From Candidatus Micrarchaeota archaeon (GTDB taxonomy: Archaea; Micrarchaeota; Micrarchaeia; Anstonellales; Bilamarchaeaceae), in assembly GCA_043827025.1 (NCBI GenBank), contig JBDRPL010000026.1, forward strand, positions 1 through 45,594: a DNA stretch of 45,594 nucleotides, in the 5' to 3' direction. The position numbers and the translations under genes are program-made. Positions 45,508-45,594 of the stretch are shown piece by piece. The first letter of the stretch is position 1. The number at the start of each line of letters is the position of its first letter. The notes beneath the pieces were generated by a model. That model searched no databases. It saw only the letters and a list, made by a program, of their open reading frames with translations, and had not been told where the DNA came from.

Positions 45508-45594
45508 ATAACATAATTTTTCGACGTATTTGTCAAGCTATTTAAATGTAATCAAACAATTGAAAGAGTTATGGCTAGTTCTCAAGTGACTGCA

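Noticed and set aside
1..45594. CRISPR array, cas genes, transposase or integrase
   Set aside because: No regularly spaced direct repeats and no such protein motifs seen

Overview
Archaeal chromosomal window, most likely a DPANN lineage (Micrarchaeota-like; inferred from class I LysRS, archaeal-type ThrRS, FEN1, aMBF1, Dph6, BHB tRNA introns, GGTGA/GGAGG ribosome-binding sites and many Cys-rich secreted ORFans). Housekeeping genes (fen, aMBF1, two beta-CASP nucleases, ksgA, lysS, tsaC, dph6, tdh-kbl-thrS, 5S rRNA, tRNA-Phe, tRNA-Met) are interleaved with surface and ORFan islands. Most notable: (i) two exported proteins with outer-membrane-like amphipathic beta-strand C-terminal regions, one ending in a bacterial beta-signal-like ...LNLRVEGRF, with helical and Ig-like partners and a SecB-like neighbour; (ii) an AAA/DUF4143 gene bracketed on both sides by identically spaced pairs of TT(A/G)GTC-N8-GAC(T/C)AA palindromes; (iii) a tRNA locus with a two-intron tRNA-Phe, a tRNA-Met intron carrying a box C/D-like guide for its own C34, acceptor-stem-mimic hairpins upstream of both tRNAs and an orphan double hairpin; (iv) a ThrRS with an inserted AlaX/tRNA_SAD-like second editing domain. 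All family calls come from motif recognition by eye; no searches were run.
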